DNA of 39,298 nucleotides from the NCBI GenBank assembly GCA_947259625.1, contig CAMYMY010000030.1:1-39298 (forward strand). Direction: 5' to 3'. This stretch comes from an uncultured Kiloniellales bacterium (GTDB lineage Bacteria > Pseudomonadota > Alphaproteobacteria > Kiloniellales > JAKSDN01). The translations under genes were made by a program, and so were the position numbers. The notes below the pieces were generated by a model, which ran no database searches, was not told the origin of the DNA, and was given only the letters and a program-made list of their open reading frames with translations. Numbering within the stretch: the stretch's first letter is position 1; each line of letters starts with the position of its first letter. Of this stretch, positions 27,880-39,298 are shown piece after piece.

Positions 27880-29016
27880 ATGGAAATTCCGAGTGGACTA
27901 TACGGTTACGGCCTGCCGTTCTTGGGCATTCTCACCGTGCTGGTCTTTGTCCACGAGATGGGCCACTATCTGGTAGCGCGGCTCAACGGCGTTCGCGTCG
28001 AAGTCTTTTCCATCGGCTTCGGCCCCGAGTTGTTTGGATGGACCGACAGGGCCAAGACCCGTTGGAAGTTCAGCCTGATCCCGCTGGGCGGGTATGTGAA
28101 AATGTTCGGAGACGCCGACGCCGCGAGTCGGCCGGACACCGAATTGTCGGAATTGACCGAGGAAGAGCGCGCCGAGGCTTTCCCCTGCAAACGGCTCGGC
28201 CAGCGGAGTTGGATCGTGGCCGCCGGGCCGCTCGCCAACTTCCTGTTCGCCATCGTCCTTATGGCCGCGGTCTTCATGGCCATCGGTCAACCCTTCACGC
28301 CGCCGGTCGTTGGCACGGTCATACCCGACAGCGCGGCCGAACAGGCCGGCTTGCAGCCCGGCGACCGGATCGTTTGGATCGACGACACGGAAATCAGCAG
28401 TTTCCAGGACATACAGTGGATCGTATCGCTGGGGCTGGGCGAAGCGATCGAAATCCGGGTTCTGCGCGACGGAAACGAAGTCCCTCTAGTGGCGACCCCA
28501 AGAATGACCGAGGTGACCGACGACTTTGGCAATCGCCAGGAGGTCGGCCGGTTGGGCATCAGCCACAGCGGCATCGAGTTCGTCCGGCACGGGCCTTTCA
28601 GCGCCCTGTGGCAGGCCACGGAGAGGACAGGCGCCCATACGCTCGCTATCCTGAAAGCCGTCGGCCAGATGATCGTGGGCGACCGCAGCGCGACCGAACT
28701 GGGCGGCCCATTGCGAATCGCGAAGATGTCCGGACAGGTGGCCGAGTACGGCTGGAGTTCGGTGGTGCAGTTGATGTGGCTCTTGTCGATCAGCTTGGGA
28801 CTGATCAATTTGTTTCCGATACCAATTCTCGACGGTGGACATTTGCTGTTCTACGCCATCGAAGCCGTGCGCGGGCGTCCTTTGGGTGAACGGGCTCAGG
28901 AATACGGATTTCGCATCGGCCTTGCCCTGGTATTGAGCTTGATGGTATTCGCGACCTGGAACGATATCGTCAACCACGTGAAGGTCTTTGATTTTATTAA
29001 GGATCTAGTAACCTGA
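27880..29016 (+). CDS. rseP: RIP site-2 zinc metalloprotease RseP
   Basis: HEMGHYLVAR (HExxH), a PDZ region, and C-terminal NLFPIPILDGGHLLFY. Confidence 0.93.
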   Translation: MEIPSGLYGYGLPFLGILTVLVFVHEMGHYLVARLNGVRVEVFSIGFGPELFGWTDRAKTRWKFSLIPLGGYVKMFGDADAASRPDTELSELTEEERAEAFPCKRLGQRSWIVAAGPLANFLFAIVLMAAVFMAIGQPFTPPVVGTVIPDSAAEQAGLQPGDRIVWIDDTEISSFQDIQWIVSLGLGEAIEIRVLRDGNEVPLVATPRMTEVTDDFGNRQEVGRLGISHSGIEFVRHGPFSALWQATERTGAHTLAILKAVGQMIVGDRSATELGGPLRIAKMSGQVAEYGWSSVVQLMWLLSISLGLINLFPIPILDGGHLLFYAIEAVRGRPLGERAQEYGFRIGLALVLSLMVFATWNDIVNHVKVFDFIKDLVT

Positions 29017-29046
29017 CGGTTGCGGCTTTCATTTGGGGGAGCAATC

Positions 29047-31335
29047 GTGAGGTACAAAGGGGTTACGGTCGCAATGCTCGCCGCTGTGCTGGCCGGCGGA
29101 ATGTCCTGCTACCGCCCTGCACCGCTGTTTGCACAGACGATCTTCTCCGGAGGCATCATCGCGGAGGTGCGCGTCGAGGGCACGCAGCGGATCGAGCCCG
29201 AGACGGTGCGCTCGTATCTGCGCGTCAATCCGGGCGAGCCCTTCGACTCCCTGCTGCTGGATGAATCCTTGAAGAGCATTTTTGCGACGGGCCTCTTCGC
29301 CGACGTCACCTTGCGGCGGGCCGGCAACGTGCTGATCGTAACGGTCGTCGAGAACCCGATCATCAACCGTATCGCCTTCGAGGGAAACGATCGGATCGAC
29401 GATGATACGATGGCCGCGGAGATCGAGCTTCGTCCGCGCACCGTGTTCACTCGTACCAAGGTCCAGAACGACGTTCAGAGAATCGTGAAACTGTTTCGCC
29501 GAACCGGTCGGTATGGGGCGACAGTGGAACCGAAGGCCATTCAACTTCCACAGAACCGTGTCGACTTGGTCTTCGAGATCAACGAGGGGCCCAGTACCGG
29601 CATCAAGTCGATCGACTTCATCGGCAACCGGGCGTTTTCCGATGGCGATCTGCGGGGCGAGATCACGACCAGCGAGTCGGCGTTTTGGCGCTTTCTCTCG
29701 GCGACCGACACCTACGATCCGGATCGTCTCACCTTCGACCGGGAACTGTTGCGTCGCTTCTACCTGAGTGAGGGTTATGCCGATTTTCGGGTGCTTTCCG
29801 CGATTGCCGAACTAGCCCCTGATCGGGAAGGCTTCGTCATAACCTTCACCCTGGAAGAGGGAGAGCGCTACAGGTTTGGTAAGATCGACCTTACCTCGAC
29901 CTTGCGCGACCTGGATCCTGAGAGCTTGAAGGGCGAGCTAGAGAGCAAGGAGGGCGATTGGTACGATGCCTCGGTCATCGAGAAATCGGTCGAGAATTTG
30001 GCCGAGAGGTTGAGCAATCTGGGTTATGCATTCGTTGATGTCCGTCCTGGGACCGAGCGCAATCGCGAAGCTGGGAGCATCGATCTCACATACAGGATCC
30101 AGGAGGGCCCGAAGGTCTTTGTGGAACGGATCGAGGTGCAGGGCAACGTGCGCACGCTGGACAAGGTTATTCGCCGGGAATTCCGTTTGGTGGAGGGCGA
30201 TGCCTTCAACAGCGCCAAGTTGCGCCGTTCGCGCCGGCGGATACAAAATCTGGGCTACTTCAGCAAGGTGGACATTGCCAACGAGACCGGTAGCGCCCCG
30301 GATAGGACGGTCATCACAGTCGATGTGGAGGAGCAGTCGACCGGGGATTTGTCGTTCGGTGCTGGCTTCTCCACGACCTCTGGACCGCTGGGTAATGTCG
30401 GGCTGCGGGAGCGCAACCTCTTGGGTAAAGGACAGGACCTCAGGTTGAATTTCACACTCGCTGCCGAGAACTCCTCGCTGAATTTGAGCTTCACCGAGCC
30501 CTATTTTCTCGACCGAAACCTCGCGGCAGGCTTCGATCTGTTCCGGCTCACCGCGGACCAGGAGGAGAGTTCCTTCGACGAAGAGCGCATCGGCGGATCC
30601 TTGCGCGCCGGTTACAATCTGGTGGAGGATGTCCGGCAGGTCTGGCGCTATACGCTGCAGCATGAAGAGATTACGAACGTCCACGACGATGCCTCGGTGG
30701 TCGTCCAGGACGACGAAGGCGCACGCCTGCAATCCAGCATCAGCCAGGAGCTCACGTTCGATACCCGGGATTCCCGCTTCGATCCTCATGACGGCATGAT
30801 CGTAAGTGTGTCCACGGAGTTTGCGGGCCTGGGTGGCGACGTGCGGTTTCTCAAATCGACGATCGGGGGGGGCTACTACCTGCCGATCACGGAGCAGATC
30901 ACCCTGGCGTTTAAGGGCGAGACCGGGCTTGTTTTCGGCATTGACCAGGACACTCGTGTGGGGGACCGTTTCTTTCTGAGTTCCGAATCGTTGAGAGGTT
31001 TCGAATTCGCCGGGGTCGGGCCGCGCGACGCGACCACCGGCGATGCCTTGGGCGGAAAGAAATTCTACAACGGCACCTTGGAAGTCAGCTTTCCACTCGG
31101 ACTGCCGGACGAACTGCAGATCCGTGGTAGACTATTCGGCGATGTTGGTGCGGCATGGGGGGTGGACGGTGATGTACAGGTCTTGGATTCTTCCTCGCCC
31201 AGGGTGTCCGTGGGTGCAGGATTTTCTTGGCTCTCGCCCTTGGGCCCGTTCCAGCTGGATCTTGGATATGCGCAGATCAAAGAAGATTTCGACGAGACCG
31301 AAGTGCTACGCTTCAGCTTCGGAACCAAATTCTAG
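29047..31335 (+). CDS. bamA: Outer membrane protein assembly factor BamA
   Basis: Signal peptide, POTRA repeats (IAEVRVEGTQRIEPETVRSYL...), then a beta-barrel ending in F (RFSFGTKF). GTG 29047 with GGGGGAG 6 nt upstream is preferred to the track start at 29020. Confidence 0.93.
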   Translation: MRYKGVTVAMLAAVLAGGMSCYRPAPLFAQTIFSGGIIAEVRVEGTQRIEPETVRSYLRVNPGEPFDSLLLDESLKSIFATGLFADVTLRRAGNVLIVTVVENPIINRIAFEGNDRIDDDTMAAEIELRPRTVFTRTKVQNDVQRIVKLFRRTGRYGATVEPKAIQLPQNRVDLVFEINEGPSTGIKSIDFIGNRAFSDGDLRGEITTSESAFWRFLSATDTYDPDRLTFDRELLRRFYLSEGYADFRVLSAIAELAPDREGFVITFTLEEGERYRFGKIDLTSTLRDLDPESLKGELESKEGDWYDASVIEKSVENLAERLSNLGYAFVDVRPGTERNREAGSIDLTYRIQEGPKVFVERIEVQGNVRTLDKVIRREFRLVEGDAFNSAKLRRSRRRIQNLGYFSKVDIANETGSAPDRTVITVDVEEQSTGDLSFGAGFSTTSGPLGNVGLRERNLLGKGQDLRLNFTLAAENSSLNLSFTEPYFLDRNLAAGFDLFRLTADQEESSFDEERIGGSLRAGYNLVEDVRQVWRYTLQHEEITNVHDDASVVVQDDEGARLQSSISQELTFDTRDSRFDPHDGMIVSVSTEFAGLGGDVRFLKSTIGGGYYLPITEQITLAFKGETGLVFGIDQDTRVGDRFFLSSESLRGFEFAGVGPRDATTGDALGGKKFYNGTLEVSFPLGLPDELQIRGRLFGDVGAAWGVDGDVQVLDSSSPRVSVGAGFSWLSPLGPFQLDLGYAQIKEDFDETEVLRFSFGTKF

Positions 31336-31339
31336 GCCT

Positions 31340-31912
31340 ATGCAAGACCGGCGACGAACTCTGTCCCGCGTCGCGGGACTCTTGCTGACCCTACAATCGG
31401 TATTCGGGATCGTTCCGCCGGTGCAGGCCCAAGCGACCGGTGTGCTTGGCATTGCGGTGATCGACACACAAGGGATTTACCGCGAATCCGATGCTGTAAT
31501 GGGGTTACAAAAACGCATTGACGCTCAACGCTCGGCCTATCAGGAGGAACTTCGGAAGAAGGAAGAATCCTTGCGAACGGCCGACCAGGAATTGGCACGC
31601 CAGCGGACTATACTCTCCGCAGAGGCTTTCGCTCAGAAGCGCCGCGAACTCGAGGAGCAGGTCGCTACATTGCAGGGGGAGGTACAGTCGCGCCGGAAGG
31701 GCTTGGAGAAACAGTTCAAGCAGGGCATGAAACAAGTTCAAGAAGTCTTGGTCGAGATCGCCCGGGCAATCGCCGAGGAGCGCGAGGTCGACTTAGTGAT
31801 CGAAAAAAGTGCCGTGGTCCTTGTCAGACCGGAGCTCGAAATAACATCGGAGGTCTTGAAGCGGTTGAACCAGAAATTGTCCAAGGTCGAAATTACGGCG
31901 CCTCAGAACTAG
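31340..31912 (+). CDS. skp: OmpH/Skp-family periplasmic chaperone
   Basis: Signal peptide MQDRRRTLSRVAGLLLTLQSVFGIVPPVQAQA, then a coiled-coil-like Q/E/K/R-rich body. It sits in the canonical position between bamA and lpxD. The track ORF start at 31043 is inside bamA. Confidence 0.85.
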   Translation: MQDRRRTLSRVAGLLLTLQSVFGIVPPVQAQATGVLGIAVIDTQGIYRESDAVMGLQKRIDAQRSAYQEELRKKEESLRTADQELARQRTILSAEAFAQKRRELEEQVATLQGEVQSRRKGLEKQFKQGMKQVQEVLVEIARAIAEEREVDLVIEKSAVVLVRPELEITSEVLKRLNQKLSKVEITAPQN

Positions 31913-31919
31913 ACCCGAC

Positions 31920-32933
31920 ATGGCTGATCCTCGTTTCTTCCACGTTGCAGGCCCGTTCAGTCTCGGGCAGTTGGCAGACATTGCCGGGGCCATGCTATCC
32001 AAAGCCGCGGATCCGGATCGGCTGATCACCGACATTGCGCCGATCGGAACCGCAGGGCCCTCCGAACTCGGCTTCCTCGACAATTCGCGGTATCTGCCGG
32101 CGTTGGAGGCGAGCCAGGCGGGAGCCTGCATCATCGATCCGCGTTACGCGGCGCGCGCGCCCGAGACTATGGACCTTCTGCTGACGGATGCACCCTATAA
32201 CGGGTATGCCAAAGTGGCACAGGCCTTCTACCCCACAGCCGAAATTGCCGGTGACATTCACGGCACCGCCATAGTCGATCCCAGCGCGAGGATCGGCGAG
32301 GGAACCCGGCTGGGCCCGTATGTGGTCGTTGCGCCGCGGGTCAAGATCGGCGCACGCTGTCGAATTGCGGCGCAGGTGGTCATCGAAGAGGGGGTCGTCA
32401 TAGGTGACGATACGGAAATCGGACCCGGGGCTTCACTGAGCCATTGCTTGGTGGGCAACCGCTGCCTGCTGCATCCTGGCGTGCGCGTCGGCAACCGGGG
32501 TTTCGGCTTCTCCCTGGATCCGGAGGGCTATCGGGACGTGCCGCAGATCGGGCGCGCCATCATCGAGGACGATGTCGAGATCGGTGCCAATAGTACGATC
32601 GATCGGGGGTCCGGTCCGGATACCGTCGTTGGGGCGGGGTCGAAGATTGATAACCTCGTGCAGATCGGGCACAACGTTCAGATTGGTCGAGCATGTGTCC
32701 TGGTCGCTCAGTCCGGTGTCGCCGGAAGCACGATACTCGGGGACCGGGTCATGCTGGCCGCCCAGGCCGGTGTCGCCGGACATTTGACACTGGGGCAGGG
32801 GGCCCGGGTCGCCGCCAAGAGCGGTGTCATGCGGGACGTAGCGCCGAAGCAGACTGTGTGCGGCATTCCTGCGATACCCATCAAGCGATTCTTCCGGCTG
32901 GTTTCGATCTGGCATCGTCAACTGAAGTCATAA
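31920..32933 (+). CDS. lpxD: UDP-3-O-acylglucosamine N-acyltransferase
   Basis: 337 aa with left-handed beta-helix hexapeptide repeats and an N-terminal LpxD-type domain. Operon position fits. Confidence 0.93.
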   Translation: MADPRFFHVAGPFSLGQLADIAGAMLSKAADPDRLITDIAPIGTAGPSELGFLDNSRYLPALEASQAGACIIDPRYAARAPETMDLLLTDAPYNGYAKVAQAFYPTAEIAGDIHGTAIVDPSARIGEGTRLGPYVVVAPRVKIGARCRIAAQVVIEEGVVIGDDTEIGPGASLSHCLVGNRCLLHPGVRVGNRGFGFSLDPEGYRDVPQIGRAIIEDDVEIGANSTIDRGSGPDTVVGAGSKIDNLVQIGHNVQIGRACVLVAQSGVAGSTILGDRVMLAAQAGVAGHLTLGQGARVAAKSGVMRDVAPKQTVCGIPAIPIKRFFRLVSIWHRQLKS

Positions 32934-32943
32934 GGCATACAGA

Positions 32944-33414
32944 ATGGATGAACAGACCCGGAAGCCGAGCGAGGAGGCCCCGATAGACGTCATGCGGATC
33001 ATGGAAATGATTCCGCACAGATATCCCTTCCTGTTGGTCGACCGGATCGTTGAGCTCGAGATCGACAAGAGCGCGGTCGGCATCAAGAACGTGACCATCA
33101 ACGAATCATTCTTTCAGGGACATTTTCCACGCCAGCCGGTCATGCCCGGGGTCCTGATCGTGGAAGCCATGGCCCAGACCGCGGCGGTCCTTGTGGTCCA
33201 AACCCTGGAGAGCGACGCGGCCGGCAAGCTGGTCTATTTCATGACCATAGACGAGGCACGGTTCCGCAAGCCCGTGTCCCCAGGCGACACCCTGAAGATC
33301 CATGTCGAAAAGCTGCGCAGCCGCGGCAATGTATGGAAATTTTCCGGCGAAGTTCGGGTCGAGGGCACCTTGGTGGCTTCGGCCCGCTTTGCCGCCATGA
33401 TCATGGAAGATTGA
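32944..33414 (+). CDS. fabZ: 3-hydroxyacyl-ACP dehydratase FabZ
   Basis: [20 protein letters not shown]...[23 protein letters not shown] is the hotdog-fold FabZ signature. Confidence 0.95.
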   Translation: MDEQTRKPSEEAPIDVMRIMEMIPHRYPFLLVDRIVELEIDKSAVGIKNVTINESFFQGHFPRQPVMPGVLIVEAMAQTAAVLVVQTLESDAAGKLVYFMTIDEARFRKPVSPGDTLKIHVEKLRSRGNVWKFSGEVRVEGTLVASARFAAMIMED

Positions 33415-34202
33415 TGGCGGATTTCCATCCATCATCGGTCATCTCGTCAAAGGCGACGCTCGGGAAAGACGTCCAGATCGGTCCGTTCTGCGTCGTTGGT
33501 CCGGACGTGGTTCTCGAAGAGTCCGTGGTGCTGCACAGCCATGCGGTTGTCGAAGGCAGGACCCGGGTTGGCGCCGGAACCGAGATCTTTCCCTTCGCGT
33601 CGATCGGCCACCGCCCCCAGGATCTCAAGTATGCCGGCGAGCCGTCGGAACTCGTCATCGGCGCGAACAACACGATCCGCGAGTATGTCACCATGAACCC
33701 GGGCACCGAGGGTGGCGGCATGGTGACGCGTGTCGGAGACAGGTGTTTGTTCATGATGGGCGCACACGTGGCGCACGATTGCCAGATCGGCAACCGCGTG
33801 ATCATGGCCAACAACGCCACCCTGGCCGGGCACGTTGCCATCGAGGACGACGCCATCATCGGTGGACTCGCTGCGGTGCACCAGTTCGTGCGCATCGGCC
33901 GCCGCGCCATGGTCGGCGGTATGTCCGGTGTCGAGCACGACGTAATTCCCTTCGGCCTGGTGATGGGCGAACGGGCGACCCTCAAGGGCTTGAATGTCGT
34001 GGGTCTGAAGCGCGGCGGGTTTTCGCGAGACGAGATTCATTCGTTGCAGTCCGCCTACGACAGCATCTTTGCCGCAACCGGGACCGTGGCGGAGCGGCTA
34101 CGCGAGACCGAGCGGCACTTCAACGAGAATGCGTCGGTCAGCGAGTTGCTCAGCTTCATCCGGTCGGACTCCGCGCGGGCGCTCTGCAAACCGAAGCTGT
34201 AG
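33414..34202 (+). CDS. lpxA: Acyl-ACP--UDP-N-acetylglucosamine O-acyltransferase
   Basis: The ATG overlaps the fabZ TGA by 1 nt (TGATG). Hexapeptide repeats are followed by the C-terminal helical domain (GLNVVGLKRGGFSRDEIHSLQSAY). Confidence 0.93.
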   Translation: MADFHPSSVISSKATLGKDVQIGPFCVVGPDVVLEESVVLHSHAVVEGRTRVGAGTEIFPFASIGHRPQDLKYAGEPSELVIGANNTIREYVTMNPGTEGGGMVTRVGDRCLFMMGAHVAHDCQIGNRVIMANNATLAGHVAIEDDAIIGGLAAVHQFVRIGRRAMVGGMSGVEHDVIPFGLVMGERATLKGLNVVGLKRGGFSRDEIHSLQSAYDSIFAATGTVAERLRETERHFNENASVSELLSFIRSDSARALCKPKL

Positions 34203-34203
34203 C

Positions 34204-35025
34204 ATGGCGGGTACGCTCGGAATTCTGGCTGGAGGCGGCGAGCTTCCCGCCCGACTGGTCGAGGCCTGCCGACTGGACGGGCGACAGGTCTTCGTGCTGG
34301 CCTTCGAAGGGCATACCGATCCCGCCACCATCGCCGGGGCGGCGCACGCCTGGATCCGGCTCGGCGCCGCCGGCTCGGCATTCGAGATACTGAAAGGGGC
34401 CGGGGTTTCCGAGCTGGTCATGGCGGGGGCGATTACCCGACCGAGCCTCGCCGAGCTCAAGCCGGACCTGCGCACGGCGCGCTGGCTGGCCAAGGTCGGC
34501 ATGAGCAGCCTGGGGGACGACGGCCTTCTGAGCGCGGTGGTCCGCAGCCTGGAGGAAGAGGGATTCGGCGTCATCGGCGTGGACGAGATCCTGAAGCATC
34601 TGCTTGCCGAACCCAAGGTTTACGGCCGCCTCGAGCCCGATGCGCAGGCCGAGGCGGACATCGAACGGGGTCTAGCGGTCGCCAAGGTCCTGGGCGCGGC
34701 CGATGTTGGTCAGGGCGTGGTCGTTCAGCAGGGGATCGTGCTGGCCGTGGAGGCGGCGGAGGGGACGGACGCCCTCCTGCAACGGGCCGGGGAGCTGCGC
34801 CGGGCCGGGCCGGGTGGCGTGCTGGTCAAGATCAAGAAACCGGGTCAGGAGCACCGTGCCGACCTTCCGACGATTGGCAAGCGCACCGTCGAGGTGGCGG
34901 CGGTGGCGGGGCTGCGCGGCATCGTGGTCGAGGCCGGTGGCGCCCTGGTCATCGGCGGCGACGAATTGGGCCCGGTGGCCGACTCCGCGGGCCTCTTCGT
35001 CGTCGGAATACAGACGGATTCATGA
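34204..35025 (+). CDS. lpxI: UDP-2,3-diacylglucosamine hydrolase LpxI (DUF1009)
   Basis: MAGTLGILAGGGELP...VGQGVVVQQGIVLAVEAAEGTDALLQRAG...GVLVKIKKPGQEHRADLPTIG. It lies between lpxA and lpxB, as in other alphaproteobacteria that use LpxI instead of LpxH. Confidence 0.88.
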   Translation: MAGTLGILAGGGELPARLVEACRLDGRQVFVLAFEGHTDPATIAGAAHAWIRLGAAGSAFEILKGAGVSELVMAGAITRPSLAELKPDLRTARWLAKVGMSSLGDDGLLSAVVRSLEEEGFGVIGVDEILKHLLAEPKVYGRLEPDAQAEADIERGLAVAKVLGAADVGQGVVVQQGIVLAVEAAEGTDALLQRAGELRRAGPGGVLVKIKKPGQEHRADLPTIGKRTVEVAAVAGLRGIVVEAGGALVIGGDELGPVADSAGLFVVGIQTDS

Positions 35026-36230
35026 CGGGGGCGGCCGCCGGCGAGGAGCGGCCTCCGCTCGTCTTCCTGGTCGCCGGCGAGCCGTCCGGCGATCAGCTGG
35101 GCGCGCGCTTGATGGCCGCTCTGAAGGCAGAGACCGGCGGGAGGATCCGCTTCGCGGGCGTGGGCGGCGAAGCCATGGCCGGGCAGGGCTTGGCCAGCCT
35201 ATTTCCGATCGACGAGCTGGCGGTCATGGGGCTCGTCGAGGTTCTGCCGCACGCCCGTCGCATCTACCGGCGCATCGGGGACACGGTTGCCGCCGTCCGG
35301 GCCGCCCGGCCGGACGTCCTGGTCACCATCGATTCGCCGGCCTTCACCCTCCAGGTCAGTCGGCGCCTCAAGGGAAGCGGCGTTCGGCTGGTGCACTACG
35401 TGGCCCCTTCGGTCTGGGCCTGGAAGCCCTGGCGGGCGCGCCGGATGGCCGGCTATCTGGACCACCTCCTGGCGCTTCTGCCCTTCGAGCCTCCCTACTT
35501 CGAGACACACGGACTGGCCACGACCTGCGTCGGGCACCCGGCGGTGGAGCTGGCCGGAACGGCGCGACCAGACGGCGCTGCCTTCCGCGCGCAGCGGGCG
35601 ATCCCGCCCGAGGCCCCGGTGCTTTGCGTTCTCCCCGGCAGCCGACGAGGCGAAGTCGGGCGCTTGGCGCCGATCTTCGGCAGGACCCTGGGTCTGCTCG
35701 CCGAAGGCTTTCCGGGGCTGCGCGCGCTCGTGCCCACGGTGGGAACCGTCGCGGACATGGTCGAAGAGGCCGTGCGCAACTGGCCCGTGCCGGCAGAGGT
35801 CCTGACCGGGACCGAAGCGAAATTCCAGGCGTTTGCCGCGGCCGATGCCGCACTGGCGGCCTCGGGCACGGTGGCGGTCGAGCTGGCCGTCGCGGGCCTG
35901 CCCACGGTGATCGCCTACCGGGTCAATCCCCTGACCGCCTTTCTGGCCGCCCGGATGATCAGGGTCGACCACGTCAGTGTCGTCAACCTAGTGCTGTCGC
36001 GCGAGGTTCAGCCGGAGCGCCTCCAAGGGCGCTGCACGCCTAGCGAGCTCGCGGCGGCGCTCGAGGCCTTGCTGTACGATCCGGCGGCCCGGCGGGCTCA
36101 GCGCGAGGGCTGTGCCGCGGCGGCCGGGGTGCTTGGTTTTGGCGGGCCCGCGCCCAGCCTCAGGGCGGCCCGTGCGATCCTTTCGGTGATCGGGTCTGGC
36201 GGCGCCGAACGGAAGATCTATAATGCCTGA
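35022..36230 (+). CDS. lpxB: Lipid-A-disaccharide synthase
   Basis: ATGA overlap with lpxI. LVFLVAGEPSGDQLGARLMAAL...VLVTIDSPAFTLQV...LHYVAPSVWAWKPWR are typical LpxB. Confidence 0.93.
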   Translation: MTGAAAGEERPPLVFLVAGEPSGDQLGARLMAALKAETGGRIRFAGVGGEAMAGQGLASLFPIDELAVMGLVEVLPHARRIYRRIGDTVAAVRAARPDVLVTIDSPAFTLQVSRRLKGSGVRLVHYVAPSVWAWKPWRARRMAGYLDHLLALLPFEPPYFETHGLATTCVGHPAVELAGTARPDGAAFRAQRAIPPEAPVLCVLPGSRRGEVGRLAPIFGRTLGLLAEGFPGLRALVPTVGTVADMVEEAVRNWPVPAEVLTGTEAKFQAFAAADAALAASGTVAVELAVAGLPTVIAYRVNPLTAFLAARMIRVDHVSVVNLVLSREVQPERLQGRCTPSELAAALEALLYDPAARRAQREGCAAAAGVLGFGGPAPSLRAARAILSVIGSGGAERKIYNA

Positions 36231-36249
36231 AACACCCCTAGGAGGAGCC

Positions 36250-36675
<426 letters not shown>

Positions 36676-36690
36676 CGGGCTGGCCGTTCT

Positions 36691-38007
<1,317 letters not shown>

Positions 38008-38089
38008 GTTCGATCCTCTGTCTGCGACCTGCTTGGTCGAGGGGGGTTAGCTGCAGCGCAGCATAAAGCCTCCGGGCCCGGCGATCAAT

Positions 38090-39298
38090 CTAGCCGGCGG
38101 CCCGGTCGCCGATCCGCGCCAGGGACTCCGCGCGGCCGAGTACCGCCATGACCTCGAAAATCCCCGGCGAGGCGTTCGAGCCGGTCAGCGCCGCGCGCAG
38201 CGGCTGGGCGACCTTGCCCAGCTTGACGCCCTCGGCCTCGGCGAAGCCGCGAACCCGGGCCTCGAGAGCGGCTTCGCTCCAGTCTTCCTGATCCTGCAGT
38301 CCCGCCAGCAGGCGGCCGAGAATGACGGGCGCCTCGTCCGCCAGCAGCTTGGCCGCCTTCTCGCTGAGCGGCAGGGGCCGCTCGGCGACGTAGAAGGCGG
38401 CGTTCTCCGCCAGCTCCTCGAGGGTCTTGGCGCGCCCTTTCAGGCCGGCCATGCCGCGTGCGAGGCGGTCCCGCGCCGCTCCCTCCAGGCGCTGGCCGGA
38501 CCTGGCCTCGAGGCGCGGGCGGACCAGGTCGACCAGCCGTGCGTCCTCGGCCTCGCGCAGATAGTGGCCGTTCACGCTCTCCAGCTTGGCGAAGTCGAAG
38601 CGTGCGGCCCCGCGGCCCACGGCGTCGAGATCGAACCACTCGATCGCCTGTCCGGTCGAGATGATCTCGTCGTCGCCATGGGACCAGCCGAGGCGCAGCA
38701 GGTAGTTGCGCAGCGCCTCCGGCAGATAGCCCAGGTCCCGGTAGGTCCCGACGCCGAGCGCGCCGTGGCGCTTGGACAGCTTGGCGCCGTCGGCGCCGTG
38801 GATCAGCGGGATATGGGCGAAGGCCGGGGGCGTCCAGCCGAGCGCCTGGTAGAGCTGGCTCTGGCGGAAGGCGTTGGTCAGGTGGTCGTCGCCGCGGATC
38901 ACGTGGCTGACCTCCATGTCGTGGTCGTCGACCACGACCGAGAGCATGTAGGTCGGGGTGCCGTCGGCCCTCAAAAGCACCATGTCGTCGAGCTGGGCGT
39001 TGGCGACCGTGACCGGGCCCTGGACCAGGTCGTCGATCACCGTCTCGCCCTCCTGCGGGGCCTTGAGGCGGATTACCGGCTCTGCGCCCGGCGGCGCCTC
39101 GGCGGGATCGCGGTCGCGCCAGCGGCCGTCGTAGAGCTTGGCGCGGCCCTGAGCACGTGCCTCGGCGCGCATCTCCGCCAGCTCCTCGGGCGTGCAGTAG
39201 CAGCGATAGGCCTTGCCCTCGGCCAGCAGCGCGTGGGCGCTTTCCGCGTGGCGCCCGGCGCGCTCGGACTGGTAGACGACCTCGCCGTCCCAGTCGAG
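38090..39298 (-). CDS. gltX: Glutamate--tRNA ligase, C-terminal about 400 aa (5' end outside window)
   Basis: The frame is open from the window edge: [47 protein letters not shown]...[23 protein letters not shown]...LSKRHGA (KMSKS-like). The track lists only 38090..39172 from an internal Met. Confidence 0.92.
   Translation of the reverse strand, partial: LDWDGEVVYQSERAGRHAESAHALLAEGKAYRCYCTPEELAEMRAEARAQGRAKLYDGRWRDRDPAEAPPGAEPVIRLKAPQEGETVIDDLVQGPVTVANAQLDDMVLLRADGTPTYMLSVVVDDHDMEVSHVIRGDDHLTNAFRQSQLYQALGWTPPAFAHIPLIHGADGAKLSKRHGALGVGTYRDLGYLPEALRNYLLRLGWSHGDDEIISTGQAIEWFDLDAVGRGAARFDFAKLESVNGHYLREAEDARLVDLVRPRLEARSGQRLEGAARDRLARGMAGLKGRAKTLEELAENAAFYVAERPLPLSEKAAKLLADEAPVILGRLLAGLQDQEDWSEAALEARVRGFAEAEGVKLGKVAQPLRAALTGSNASPGIFEVMAVLGRAESLARIGDRAAG

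Noticed and set aside
23601-34203. Long 5' extensions of the track ORFs for pyrH (23601), cdsA (25579), dxr (26250), bamA (29020), skp (31043), lpxA (33333) and lpxI (34069).
   Set aside because: The extensions run through the preceding gene in another frame and lack homology-like sequence. Starts were trimmed to the first codon giving a family-typical N-terminus.

Overview
High-GC alphaproteobacterial chromosome segment, Rhodospirillales/Rhizobiales-like by gene order. All family calls come from reading the translations and from memory of the families; no searches were run.

The window is almost entirely core genome in a classic synteny:
- Plus strand: nuoI (3' end), nuoJKLMN, birA, coaX, RNase J, mce/DUF1467.
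- A roughly 3.8 kb accessory insert.
- Plus strand: proS, lolC/E-type permease, lolD.
- A minus-strand PilZ gene plus a mini-lipoprotein pair.
- Plus strand: dnaE, rpsB, tsf, pyrH, frr, uppS, cdsA, dxr, rseP, bamA, skp, lpxD, fabZ, lpxA, lpxI, lpxB, gloA.
- Minus strand: gltA and gltX (5' end outside the window).

Many adjacent genes overlap at start/stop codons: ATGA at nuoN/birA, GTGA at coaX/rnj, 8 nt at the lol genes, TGATG at fabZ/lpxA, ATGA at lpxI/lpxB. I recognised no rRNA, tRNA, CRISPR array, transposase, integrase or phage genes.

I do not see a convincing novel multi-gene system. The parts worth a second look are:
1. Three conserved genes that are not intact as written. mce is fused in frame to DUF1467. 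dnaE and tsf each switch reading frame at one point where about 10 conserved residues are also missing.
2. The lower-GC accessory insert between DUF1467 and proS. It holds an output-less periplasmic tandem-PilJ sensor protein, a 393 nt AT-rich structured spacer, a purine-type NCS2 permease and two unknown envelope proteins.
3. A PilZ plus 55-aa lipoprotein mini-operon, the lipoprotein being absent from the ORF track. It lies divergent from dnaE across a head-to-head DnaA-box pair.
4. An unusually long acidic, repeat-containing tail on ribosomal protein S2.

Most long antisense and alternate-frame ORFs in the track are GC-driven shadow ORFs.
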